A stretch of DNA of 64,000 bases from Paramoeba atlantica (GCA_977017575.1 CDRNVI010000148.1:283041-347040), one strand, 5' to 3'. Shown: positions 12,358 to 24,985, numbered from the stretch's first letter. The notes: a model not told the origin generated them from the sequence alone. Program-made: numbers and translations.

Positions 12358-15300
12358 TTACCAGAAAGCTGATAAATCACCCCCGATTTTAGTAAAATCA
12401 ATCGACCGTTCTCCCACAAACTCCCGGAAAGGAATTGAGACAGTCAGTTTGAAGGAAGGAACATCTCCCTCGATAAAATCAAAGAGAGAAAAATCTCCAA
12501 AGGTTAAGGATGGTTTTATTTGACCTGAAAAGTTAAACACTTTAGTAACAACCAAAAAAGAATGGTGAAAAAAAAGCAAGAACCAGTGAAGAAGTTCAAT
12601 GTGCCGCAAATGAGATCCAGTTCCTTCGGGCAGATAGTAGGATCATTAAATAGGACGTCAGCCAAAGTAGAGTTCAAAGATGTGGAATCCACTTCAATGT
12701 CATAAATTCTAACATCCTTCATAGTGACTCCAAGTACTTCTCTATCCAAGATTTCAATTCGTCCATGAGCTTTAACATTCTGGAAGAGCCTCAAAGTTCC
12801 ATCAAAGAGCATGCTAAAAGGATCTCCTGGAGAGTAATTGATATACAACTGTTCAAATTCGAGACTGCTGAGAATCAGATCCAAAACTTCGGGGAAATCA
12901 TTATCTACAAAAAGAAGTTCATTAATATTTCAAGAACCAAGGGACAAATATTTAAAACAAGGGCAACAACAAACCTGAGTTGATTTCATAAAAGAATTCA
13001 ACCAAAGAACCAAGACTCAGGTATTCAACATATGCACAGAACTCAAGGGATTCTGGATCACCAAATTCAATTTCACTCAAAAATTTAATTCGGATGTCAC
13101 CAAGTCTTGCATAAAATCCGAGACCACCACCACAAATAGGGGGCTTAGCAGCCTTGATACAGAGAGTGGTAAATATATTTCCAACATCAAAGCCTTCCAA
13201 ACCATAAAACTCTTCCCAAACACCATCCACGTAAGCAGAAATCCACAATTTGGAATTCTCATACTAACAAATCGAAAATTTAATTATTGAATAAAAATAA
13301 TTAAAAATAATAAGAATAGTCAACCTCAGCGACCCCAACCAATCCAAACATTTCTTCTTCCCCTGGAAAAAGGACTCGCAAGTTGATGGTCCCACTAATT
13401 TTGAGGCTAAATGGATGAACAGAAAGCTCAAACGAGTCAATGGTGACTTCATCGGAGACTACTTGAGCGATCTCAATACCTAGATCGAGCGAAACTTCGC
13501 TCAACCCTTCCAAAGCGGGGACACTCAAGAAGAGGCTGATCTCGTTCTCTGGGATTTTACTTGCAATTTCTGCATCTGGGAGAATGTCATCAAGGGGCGA
13601 AAGCAATGACTGTGTTGAAATGGGAGAGAGAAGAGAAAGAAGTGAGCAACTTTTTCAACAAAAGCAAGAAAGAGAGAATAATCTTAAAATATTTACCGTG
13701 ACAATTTCTTTTAAAGTACCAGTGCTCCGAAGAATAAGACCAGGAACCATCTGCTGTCCTTCAAGAGATTCGGGGTAAGACTCTGGCCAATGAGAGAAGA
13801 CAGTATAACCATTGGCAATTGCAAGATCAAAATCAGTGAGTCCTCCAAAAGAAACGACATCTCCTAAAGATTCAGATTGATCCTCACTGAATCCAACAGC
13901 ATCACCTACAGCCTCAATCAAATCGGAAATTTTCAGATCTGCAACCACAAAGGCAAGTTCAGAGTTCTCGGCATGGAATTTCAAAGACACTTCGAAAGAA
14001 GAAGATCCAAATTCAAGAGAGGCACCCAAAGTACCAGTAAGAATCAAGAGATGCGGTTTTACGGTCATAGCTGTATGGATGGATGTTGAAAAGTCTGCTG
14101 GGAGAAGCTATTGAAAGTTAACTTGAATGACAACTCCAAAATAAAATCTCAAAAAAAAAAAGAAAAAATAAAATAAAAATTACCTGTTTGCCATCAACTT
14201 CGAACATATTGAGGCTCTCAATCTAAAAGAAAAAATAACCCCAGTATGAGCGAAAGGTAACAAAAAAAGGACAAAAAATAAAAACAAACCGTTCCTTCCA
14301 AATATAAAGAGTAATCATCGGTTGTATATCCCACAAAAGAACCAGAGGTCGAGGGAAGGTATTTGTAGTTAAAATTGAAATCGAATGCGACCGCAAGATG
14401 GGGTACCTCTGTGTATAATGGTGTGTGAGTTCAAAATTTAAATTAATTTTATTTTTTAAAGGAACGAAAAAAAGTGAACCTTCTAGAGAAAGAACATCAA
14501 TTGTAACTCCAGAAAAACTGAAGACCTGATCCTCATCACGAGGAGCAATTTCTTTTCTCACATTTCTTCTTAACTCAGGTTCACAGACAGAACTGCTATT
14601 AATAGAATAGACGGAATCAAAGGGTGAGAAACCAATTGAAATTGAGTCAGAAGATAATTTCAGTCTGGATCTCTTCGAATGGAGCCATCCAGAGATTGTC
14701 AAATCATCTCCAAATTCAATAATCCCTGAATTATCATTCTTTTTAGAGAGAGCCACTTTCTTTGTTGGGCAATAACATTCGAAAAAAAAAAAGAAAGAGA
14801 CCACGATAGGCAGCACGAAAAGCGGCACTCAATTTAGCAACGGAGAACTCCAAATTAACACCTTTTACGACAGGACAATCATTCGAAGAAAAAATGGTTC
14901 GCGAAGAAACCATGAATTTCGTGACTTCTGAACTAGACACTAATCCATGAAGCCAAGAGCCTTTCAAGACAAAAATCAGATGCGAGAAAACATTTCATAG
15001 GAAGAGAAAAGAAAATAAAAAACTTTTTTTGAGAAATTTAAGTGAGCTGGGGCTCCATCCAATAGGGATATTACCAAGACTCAACACAAAGTCGGGCTCA
15101 GATCCCCCACGTTCTGTGGTTGTTCGAAAAAAGATTGTCAGATAATTCCAAAAAAAAAAAAGAAGAAAGATAATTATTGGAAAGAAAACTGGAAAAATGG
15201 GGGAAAATCAACCATCAAAACCAAGTAGAAATTCAATTGGCAAAACTTGTCCAAAAAGTTCGGTCTCTCCGACAATCCACACAGCGGGAGGGTGAGAACT

Positions 15301-15910
15301 AAAATAAAAAGAATTCAACCAAAGAAAGATATTTCAGGCTCTGTAATAGAAAGAAAAAAGACAAACCTTGAAAAGTATCCTCCTTTCTCATAACGAGCGA
15401 CATACTTTCGTAACGCACCACAATCATTGTCATGGTTATGAGTGAGTGAAGGTCGATTTAAAAGAGACGAAATTGATTGAACTCCGAGAAAATTAAAATT
15501 ACCCTCAATTGAAATACAATCACTCCCAAAAGTACTCAACAAAGTTTTTGCAACAGCTGGGGCAAGCAATTGGAGGGTTTCTGATTCTCCACAAATTTTA
15601 AAATTCTTTGTATCTTCATCATCATGTCGTCGAGCAGAACGACCTTTTTTGGAGCCAGCGTTTGTTAGGAAACTGATTGAAAAGAACAAAATTAATAAGA
15701 GAACTTTCATGAATACCAAAACAATTATAAAAAAATATACTCGCTCATGATCTCGTTCATCCTCTCTCCTTGGCTCACTTTGGATGATTCATCATCGTCA
15801 TCATCATCATCCCTCGTCAAACCAACAGACAACCCAATCACCAAAGCAGAAACAACAACAAAAGCAACCAGAGCCAAAGCCAGAACAGAACTCTTCTTTT
15901 CGTCACCCAT
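12358..15910 (-). CDS. Multi-exon type II membrane-anchored, beta-strand-rich protein of unknown function
   Basis: MGDEKKSS + hydrophobic anchor + poly-D (15725-15910) splices in frame (GA|gt..ag|T) to FLTNAGSKK. Further exons lie in ORFs 14743-14967, 14223-14828, 13655-14068, 13301-13606, 12952-13248, 12516-12884 and 12358-12609. A 61-nt intron at 13324-13264 keeps the frame. Confidence 0.72.
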
Positions 15911-16569
15911 CTTCTCAACGCCAACAAAACAACAAACAAGAACAACAAATGTGTGTGTTTCGGAGAACGCTGTTTTTGTTCAAAACCAAAACAACAAAAC
16001 GGAAAAAAGATTCGTTTTTGCGGCGTTCGGCAAGAGGCGTGACTCGGGCGGGCGGGGTTCTTTTTTTTGGGAGACTCCAAAACAGGCAACAGAATCATCC
16101 CCATTCTCAGTGTTTCGCTGAATCTCTTTCCATTGAACTTTCTTTTCTTTTTCTTTTATATCATATTTGAACAACCCCTGATTCTCCTTTTTGAACTCGA
16201 CAAACTCGCTCCACAAAAACCCATCTTTTTGTTTGCTAAAAAACTGAAGGAAAAACCTTTTTTCGTTGAGTTCCTACCGTTTGTGATCTGCAAGATTGAA
16301 CGAGCCAAAAAGATTGAAGTTTTCCACAAGTTTTCTTGGAACAAATCCACCAAGGATGTTTGTCAAGATTTCATCGCACAAACCACAAAACCGCAGGAAA
16401 AAGAAAAACCTTCTTTGGCCAATTAAGGAAAAGAAGCGTTTTTTTAGGTGGGAATATTTTCATTCATTTTTATTGTGGGAGTGCGAACTATTCTGTTTTT
16501 GTTTTTTTCGTTTTCCGTTCTTTGTTGGCCCAACGCTCTCGTTTTTTGTGTTGTCTGGGAAGTTTATGA

Positions 16570-18436
16570 ATGCGTTTGGTGTTCCTCTGTTGTTTGTTAT
16601 TTATTATTCTTCTCCTTCCTTGTTCTTTTTGTGATGACGTAAAAGGATGTTTTCGTTATTCTCTTGAAAATGAATGTTCGATTGTGTTGACTGGGAATGT
16701 ATCGATTGAAGAGAACGAACAAGAGGATTTCTTCAACCAGAATGTTTCTTTGGTTGTTTCAAACGTTCGAATGGTCCAAGAAAGTTGTCGAAGACCTTTT
16801 TTGTTTTATTATTGCCAATTGATGTTTGGAGGATTTTTGTGTGAATCTTCTTCTCTTCAAGAACAACATTGTTTAAAACAAGAATCTTGTTTTCAAGTTT
16901 CTTCTCTTTGTTCTGATGATTTTCAACTCAATTGTTCCCTCTCTCCTTCTCCTTCTCCTTCTTCAACAACAACAAATGGATGTGAAAGTGAAGTTGAAAG
17001 ACAAATTGATGAAGTGAAAGAAACACCAATTGAGGTTGAAACATGTTTGAATGGATCAAAAGAGAGAATTGAATGTTGTCCAGATCCGTTTACTTTTGAT
17101 GATAATGATGAATGTGTTGTTGAATGTTATCAATATCTTTTTGGACAATCTTTGGAGAATTGGGTCAGGATTATCAGTTTTTCATTTTCATGGTTCTCTT
17201 TATTTGCTTTCGCAGTGGGATTGATTCCTCTTTCTCTGATGACTGACTTAAGGTAAAACTCTTTTTTCTCAATTTTTTGAATCTCTTAACAAACTCTTTC
17301 TCGTTCTTTGATGAATTATTTTTTCATATGTAAAGGTATCCAAACTATGTCATTTTTATTTGTATTGTGTGTCTTCTTCTTTCGGATTTGTTGTGTCTCG
17401 ATTGGTCAACTTTTGTTGGTTTGGTTTTTTTTTTCATTTCAAAAAACAAACTCTTTCTGATTGATTAATATTGGGAAAAAGGTGGACCAGAATCTTTTGT
17501 TTGTGATGGGAAGAAGAATTATTGGAAATCAGTTGAGTCTTTTCAATCCTCAACACGATCTGCCATTCAGTTTTCGCTCTATGTCTTCTTTGTTCAATTG
17601 GGGTTTACTCATTGGGTTCTTATTTCCTTCAACTTGTTTTGTCATTCAATGAGGTTCACTTCTTTTTCTGTTCTCATCCCTTTTCCTCTCTTACCATTCT
17701 TTTTATTAGACCATTTTCAACATTCTTTGTAAGATTTATTGAACAACCTGTAAACCCAAGAATTATTTATTTGATGGAAGGATTTTGTTTTTGTTTACCA
17801 ACTTCAACATTTTTAGGAACTTTAATTTATTGGTTGAACAATGAAAACGATTCTTTTTCTTTCAATTCAAAACTTTTCCCGTTGCCTGTTTATTCTCTTC
17901 CTTTTCAAGGAAATGATCTTGTTTTGATTGGCCTTTTTGAAGTGCCAGCTATGATCTGTATGTTATTCAGTGCAATTCTCTGTACTGTTGCAATTTTTCT
18001 CTATCTTAAACGAGGAAGAGGAATCCTGTACTTTCAATGGTTTGTTTTTGATTCACCACCGTTTTCACTGAGAAAATTTATTGATCCAAAAACACTGAAT
18101 AGGAGAACAATCCTCCTTTTAATCTATGGGGTGATGGTCTTTTTCTTTTGTGCTATTTATATTGAAGTAATGCGAAAACTATCGAATCAAAACATTGTTC
18201 AGTTTATGGATTGTGTTGGTTCTCACCCTCAAGACAGTCCACCACCATGTGAGAGGCAATATAACAATGGATATTCCTTTATCATTTTCTCTCTAATGAT
18301 CATATTGCTTCCTGGAGGTTCGAGCGTGGTCATCTATTGGACCAATCCATATGTTTTTCTTTGGTGGAAAGAGTTAATCTTTTCACGAAGAGTCTTGAAA
18401 AGTGACCAAGAAGGTGTTCGATATTCTTCCTTGTGA
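16570..18436 (+). CDS. Frizzled/smoothened-like (Fsl, class F-like) GPCR, copy A, 5 exons
   Basis: Signal peptide; Fz-like Cys-rich domain (SCRRPFLFYYCQLMFGGF); CCPDPF linker; TM1 then spliced R|YPN; TM3 THW; ECL3 DCVGSHPQDSPPPC; helix-8-like VFLWWKELIF. All introns are GT-AG and in frame. Confidence 0.85.
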
Positions 18437-18680
18437 TCTCATGAATTCGTGAAAAACCCAATCGGAAAAGGACTGTCAGACCAGAAGGATGCATTGTTGG
18501 TGGTTAATTTTTGAACATAAACTTTTTCAAACTTTTCAAACAACCCAGAAACAAAAAAAGTGTGAACGTTCAGAAAACCTGGGAACAGTTTCTTCCCCAA
18601 TAAAAGTTTTTGGTGGATTGGACACATCAAAACTCGTTCGACTAATTTTTCAATTTTTTCAATTGGTTTAGTTTTCAATG

Positions 18681-19229
18681 TCAGGATCTTTTGGCTGGTT
18701 TGATATTCACTTCCATCTGTTTAAAAATAAAACTTGAAAACCCTTTCCAAAGAATAAAGAAAAGAAATCATAAAAACAAGAGAAAGGAGAGAGAAAAACC
18801 AATTCCAAAGATAAATGAGAATAGTCAAGATTCGGTGGAAAATCATAAATATGAGCGAGATGCTTTGACCAAGAACCAAAAGGAGGATACATCGATTCCT
18901 GATCCTTTGATAATTGACTGTAATTCCAACCTTCAAAAAGAAAAAGGAGAATGAATTGAAAAAAAAAGAAGATTGAACTTTTTTCCAACAACAAAAGAAA
19001 GAGAGAAGAAAAACAGAAAACCATCAGAAGTAATCCCAGTGTCAAAAGAAGAAATTTTCCAATAATTGCCTCTCTTTCCTGGGTGAAAAAATATCCCTCC
19101 TCCCCCTTGTCTGGTAAAACAGTATTTTCCGTTTCTCAGTTTTGGTTCAAGAATGAACTCTCCATCCACTGATGAAGAATGTTTTGAAGACCCTTTTACA
19201 ATGATTGTTTCATTTCCCAAATTACTCAT
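18681..19229 (-). CDS. Small (~125 aa) 3-exon protein of unknown function, copy X1, divergent from Fsl B
   Basis: Exon 1 ...NGKYCFTR..YWKISS.DTGITSD; exon 2 GWNYSQ..MYPPFGSW; terminal micro-exon MEVNIKPAKRS*. Paralog at 27195-27764. Confidence 0.7.
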
Positions 19230-19465
19230 GTGTGATTATTCTTGTCTCTTTCCTTCAAGAGCCGCAGACAAGATGAGAAAATAATGGCAAACCAAAACCA
19301 CAAACAAAAAAACCCTTTTTCTTCTTATTTAGGAAACCATCCTTCTGTGTGCGAACATTTTCATACTTTTTTATTGTGAGAGTGCGAACTCTTTTGCTCA
19401 ACCGTTTTTAATCTTATTTGGACTGCAACTTCTTTCGCGGATTGCATTTTGGGGAGCGTTTGTGG

Positions 19466-21364
19466 ATGGGTTTGGTGTTCCTCTCTTGTTGGTTCTTTAT
19501 TGCTCTTGTTCTTCTTCCTTGTTCTTTTTGTGATGACGTAAAAGGATGTTTTCGTTATTCTCTTGAAAATGAATGTTCGATTGTGTTGACTGGGAATGTA
19601 TCGATTGAAGAGAACGAACAAGAGGATTTCTTCAACCAGAATGTTTCTTTGGTTGTTTCAAACGTTCGAATGGTCCAAGAAAGTTGTAGAAGACCTTTTT
19701 TGTTTTATTATTGCCAATTGATGTTCGGAGGATTTTTGTGTGAATCTTCTTCTCTTCAAGAACAACATTGTTTGGAACAAGAATCTTGTTTTCAAGTTTC
19801 TTCTCTTTGTTCTGATGATTTTCAACTCAATTGTTCCCTCTCTCCCTCTCTCTCTCCTTCTCCTTCTCCTTCTCCTTCTCCAACAAATGGATGTGAAAGT
19901 GAAGTTGAAAGACAAATTGATGAAGTGAAAGAAACACCAATCAAGGTTGAAACATGTTTAAATGGATCAAAAGAGAGAATTGAATGTTGTCCAGATCCGT
20001 TTACTTTTGATGATAATGATGAATGTGTTGTTGAATGTTATCAATATCTTTTTGGACAATCTTTGGAGTATTGGGTTCGAATTATCAGTTTTGTGTTCAC
20101 ATGGTTCTCTTTATTTGCTTTTGTAGTTGCCTTTACTCCTCTTTCTCTGATGACTGAACTAAGGTAAAACTCTATTTTCTCAATTTTTTGAATCTTAACA
20201 AACTCTTTCTCATTCTTGATCAATTTTTTATAAAAGGTATCCAAATAATGTCTTCTTTATTTCTGAAGGTGCCTACCTTCTTTCACATTTATGTCTCAAT
20301 TGGTCAACTTTTGTTGGTTTGGTTTTTTTTTTCATTTCAAAAAACAAACTCTTTCTGATTGATTAATATTGGGAAAAAGGTGGACCAGAATCTTTTGTTT
20401 GTGATGGGAAGAAGAATTATTGGAAATCAGTTGAGTCTTTTCAATCCTCAACACAATCTGCCATTCAGTTTTCGCTTTTTGTTCTATTTCTTCAATTGGG
20501 AACGACTCATTGGCTTCTTGTTTCCTTCAACTTGTTTTGTCAATCGATGAGGTTCAATTTTTACTTTTATTTTTATCTCTCTCTTTCTTTTTTCCTCTTA
20601 TCCTCTTCCTTCTTTAGACAATTTTCAACATTCTTTGTAAGATTTATTGAACAACCTGTAAACCCAAGAATTATTTATTTGATGGAAGGGTTTTGTATTT
20701 GTTTGCCAACTTCAACATTTTTAGGAACTTTAATTTATTTGTTGAACAACGAAAACGATTCTGTTTCTTTCAATTCAAAACTTTTACCATTGCCTGTTTA
20801 TGGTTTTCCTTTTCAAGGAAATGATCTTGTTTTGATTGGCCTTTTCGAAGTGCCAACTTTCGTGTATGCATTCATCAGTGCAATTTTGTGTTTTATTGCA
20901 ATTGTTCTCTATCTTACACGAGGAAGAGTAATCCTGTACTTTCAATGGTTTGTTTTTTATTGATCACCATAAAAATTTCTTTTCTTCTTAGTGCTGAAAA
21001 AACACTGAATAGGAGGTCAATCCTCTTCTTACTCTTTGGAGTGGTGATTTTTGTTTGGGGTATTATTTATATTTTTGTCATGCGAAAACTCTCAAATAAG
21101 AGCATTGTTCATTTCATGGATTGTGTTGGTTCTCACCCTCAAGATAGCCCACCACCATGTGAGAGGCAGTACGATAACGGATATACTTTTAGCATTTTGT
21201 ATTTGGCTATAATATCAATTCCTGGATTTGGGACTGTGATCATTTTTTGGACCAATTCATATGTTTTTCTTTGGTGGAAAGAGTTAATCTTTTCACGAAG
21301 AATCAGGACTTCATCAAAGGAAGATTATCAGGAAATAGGCATCAATCGAGATTCTTCTCGTTAA
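19466..21364 (+). CDS. Fsl GPCR, copy B
   Basis: Same exon structure as copy A, open in all exons; ATG at 19466 (MGLVFLSCWFF). Confidence 0.85.
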
Positions 21365-21545
21365 GTCAGAATCCAAGATTCTTCCTTTTCCTCAATCAAA
21401 CAACTCTTTTGTAGACAACTAATGTTTATTATCTTTCTTTGAAACAAACATTAATCTCTTTGATGAATTTTTGTGTTCCGGAGAGTGAACATCTGGATCA
21501 TATCATTTTATTCTTATTTAGGTAAAAAGGGTTTGATTCCTCCGA

Positions 21546-22137
21546 TTTTTTTAGGTGGGAATATTTTTACCATTGCCTGTTTATGGGTTTCCTTTTCAAG
21601 GAAATGATCTTGTTTTGATCGGTCTCTTTGAAGTGCCAGGTTTATTGTCCGCATTCATCAGTGCAATTCTCTGTTTTATTGCAATTTTTCTCTATCTTAA
21701 ACGAGGAAGGGCAATTTTGTACTTTCAGTGGTTTGTTTTTTCTTAATTTCGTCTCTCCTTACCTAAAAACTCTGAATAGGAGAACAATCCTCTTTTTAAT
21801 CTTTGGAGGGTTCGTCTTCTTCTTAGCTGTTTTTTATGTTGAAGTAATGCGAAAACTATCAAATTGGAACATTGTTCATTTTATGGATTGTGTTGGTTCT
21901 CACCCTCAAGACAGCCCACCACCATGTGAGAGGCAGTATAACAATGGATATTCCTTTATCATTTTGTTTTTGATCTTGGTATTGCTTCCTGAATGTGCGA
22001 CTGTGATCCTTTTTTGGACCAATCCAAATGTTTTTCTTTGGTGGAAAGAGTTAATCTTTTCAAGAAGAGTTTTAACTTTAGCAAAGAAAAATTATCAGGA
22101 AATAGGCATCAATCGAGACACTTCTTCGAATCTATGA
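21546..22137 (+). pseudogene. Fsl GPCR copy C, internally deleted (only TM5-TM7 and tail remain)
   Basis: tttttaggtgggaatatttt (identical to upstream of copy A, 16441-16460) is joined directly to ttaccattgcc of exon 4. The remaining coding part is open. Confidence 0.85.
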
Positions 22138-22329
22138 CCTCACTTGTTTTGCGAAATTTTTGGACTGCCCGCTGCTTCAAGTTTCAAACCAAAAGAACAA
22201 GAACGAAGGGAATGTCCCAGGATTTGCCTATTTTTTCCTCTTGGAAAGAAAAAACGAGTGGGATGATTTGAAGAAAGAAAAGACAAAAAACAAGACAAGA
22301 GAGGAGATAGAAAAGTTTTCAAAAAAGAT

Positions 22330-22372
22330 AGAAAGTGTGGGATTTGAACCCACGAACCCTTGAAACCAGAGA
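22330..22372 (-). tRNA. tRNA-like 3' fragment (T-arm/B-box followed by a T-run); not a complete tRNA
   Basis: The minus strand reads ..TTCGTGGGTTCAAATCCCACACTTTCTATCTTTTTT, a Leu/Ser-type T-arm hairpin. No D-arm or matching 5' acceptor strand was found. Confidence 0.3.
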
Positions 22373-22568
22373 AAAGTGCGTTTTTTTCTTGGAAAAGAAT
22401 CTTATGAGATTTTTGTTCGGGAGAAAATCTTGTTTTTTTTTTTTTTTTTTGAGATTTTTCGAAGAGGGTTCAAAAAAAGAGAGAGCAGAGAGAAAAGAGA
22501 AGGAAAGAGAGATTGATCAATCTGGTGAACGGATTGGAAAAGAGAGAGAGAGAAGAGAAGAGAAGAGA

Positions 22569-24985
22569 ATGGCTCAAGGTTATATTTTTCTTTCTTTTGT
22601 TTTGTTTGTTGGGCCTCTTTTTTGATCGAAATTTCTTTTCCTTTTTTGATTCATTTTCTTTTTTTTTTTTTTGGCAAAACAGACGAAGAAGATTCTCTCC
22701 AAATCCTCTCTTCGGTCTCTCTTTCTTTTCTCTTTTTCTTTTCTTTTTCTTTTTGTTCTCTCTTCTCATTTCTTTTTGTTTTGTTTAGTATCAAGCAAAC
22801 GAAGATCAATCAACTGAAGAAGAAAGCATCGATGGAGAGAGTGAATTGAGGCTTCTTGAAGACATGAAAGAGAGAGAGGAAGATGAGAGAAGAATGGAAG
22901 AAGAAGAAGAGACAAGGAAGAAGGAAGAAGAAGAGAAAAGAAGAAAGGAGGAAGAAGAAATAAGGAGGAAAGAAGAAGAAGAAAAAGAAAGAAAAGAAAA
23001 GGAAGAGAGAATCGAAAGTGAGAGGAGAAGATTGGAGGAAGAGAGAAAAAGAGAGGAAGAAAGAAGAAGAGAGGAGGAAAGAAGAAGAGAAGAAGAGAGA
23101 AGAAGAGAAGAGGAAGAAAGAAGGAGGAGAGAGCAAGAAGAGGAAGAAAAAAGAAGAGAGGAAAGAAAGAGAAGGGAGGTAGAAGAGGAAGAAAGAAAAA
23201 GAAAAGAAGAGGAGGAAAGAAAAAGACAAGAAGAAGAAAGAAAAAAAAGAGAAGAACAAGAAAAAAGAAGAGAAGAAGAAAGAAAAAAAGAAGAAGAAAG
23301 AAGAAAACAAGCACTTTTAGAATTAGAAGAAGAAAGAAGAAGAGAAAGAGAAAGAGAAGACGAAAGAAAAAGAGGAGAAGAAAGAAAAAAAGAGGAAGAA
23401 AGAAGAAAACAAGCACTTTTAGAATTAGAAGAAGAGAAAAGAAAAGAAAAAGAAAGAGAAGAACACCTCCAACAAACCCTCCAATGGATCAAAGAGAAAG
23501 AGAGAGAGAAAGAAGAGAATAAAGAGAGAAGAACACAAGAAGAAGAAGAAGAAGAAGATGGGATAATGACAGAAGAAGAATCAGATTCAATAACCGATTT
23601 TAGAGACGAAAGAGAAGAGAGAAGGAGAGAAAAGTGGAAAGTTTCTTATCATTTGTTCTCTGATTCTTTTATTGAAGAAGATTTGGGTGATGAGAGAGAA
23701 GGAGAGAGAGAAAGAGAGAGGGAAATGGAGAGAGAGAGAGAGGAGAAAGAGAAGAGAAGGAGGATGAGAGGAGAGAAAGAAAATCAATTTGCTTCTTGGG
23801 ATCCTTTTGCGAAGGTTTTTTTGTTCATTTTTTTTCTCTTTTTTTTTCTCTTTTTCTCTTTTTTCCACTTTTTTTCCCTTTATTTTCTTCTTTATTTTCT
23901 TCTTTTTATTTTTTTCGAAAATATTTTCTCTTTCTCTCTTTTTAATCTCTCTTCTAAAACCAATTACCTCAGGAAACAAAAGAACAAATCGAAAAAGAAA
24001 CATATTTAGCGAAATTAGAGAAAATGAGCCAAAGTGCTCGCCAAAAATCGCCCCATTTTGTCGAGGTAAGTCATAAAATGAAAGAAAAAAGATAAGAGAG
24101 AAATTTTAGAGAATAAAACCAACAAATACTTATTTTAATTAACGAATAAGATGTTCATAAGAGGAGAGTGTTTTTGTACTCACAACAATATTATCCAAAT
24201 AATTAATAATAAGAAAAATAATCTTTTATCTTCTTTTGAATATTCTTAAGATTCGCTTCATATTGTCCCGTCTTTTTATTTTTAAAAAATCTGATGAATA
24301 ATAAAGAAGAATAAAAGATTAAGAAATCATATAATAATAGATGGGAGATGTAGTTCGAGCAGAAGATATTGTCTTACAATGTGAGAGTAACAATAACAGA
24401 TAATAATAAATAATAAATAATAATAAATAATAAATAATAATAAATAATAGATGGGAGATGTAGTTCGAGCAGAAGATATCGTATTACAATGGGATGAAAT
24501 GCCTCTTCTTCCTGATACTGAAATTGAGTCTGGAATGGAAGAGATGTCTCATGATGAATTTCTTACTTTTACGTTCTTTCTTTTTTTCTTTTTTCTTTTT
24601 TTTTCTTTTCTTTTTCTTTCTCTGATCTCTTTTTTTTCTTTTTTTTTTCTTTTTGTGTTTTTCTTTCCCTCTTAATTCGACATTTCTTCTGTTCCTTTTT
24701 CCTTTTTCCTTTTTCTTCAATTCAAAAATTGAATGGCTCTTTCGTTTGACAGAGATACTGAAGCAACACCATTATACCAAGAAGAACAAGAAGAATCAGA
24801 AGGAGAAGACGAAGGTGATTCGTTGATTCCTCAAACTCCTGAATCTTCTCAGCCTTCAAATAGAGTTTGTTTTTTTTCTTTTTCTTTTCGTTTTTTTTTG
24901 TTCGTTCTTTCATTTTTTTTGATCTTTTTTTTTCGTTGATTCTTTAGGGAAGGAGAAGGAGAAATTCCTCAAAAAAAAGAAATGA
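22569..24985 (+). CDS. Multi-exon E/R/K-rich low-complexity protein (long charged single-alpha-helix/coiled-coil region)
   Basis: Spliced start MAQ|DEEDSLQILSS|YQANEDQS.. into ORF 22846-24009 (EEERRR/EEERKK repeats; QALLELEEE twice), followed by short 3' exons. Confidence 0.65.
24403..24448. repeat. (TAATAAA)n microsatellite between two copies of a duplicated exon start
   Basis: Direct reading. Confidence 0.9.

Noticed and set aside
13114-13315. Transposon-like insertion into an exon with a 3-bp ATA target duplication (empty site would read AEVDYARLG)
   Set aside because: A 61-nt GT-AG intron makes the segment a natural, protein-like in-frame exon. A 3-bp match in AT-rich DNA is weak evidence. 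Kept only as the alternative hypothesis.
15980-16426. Short ORFs between the 15.9-kb gene and Fsl A
   Set aside because: No recognisable motif or consistent splice model; probably a divergent promoter region.
22330-22440. Complete, intron-containing or permuted tRNA gene
   Set aside because: No D-arm, anticodon arm or GAAAGTG 5' strand on either side.
22766-23492. Long F/L/S-rich ORFs on the minus strand (and similar ORFs across the window)
   Set aside because: Antisense shadows of GA-rich coding sequence or polypyrimidine introns.
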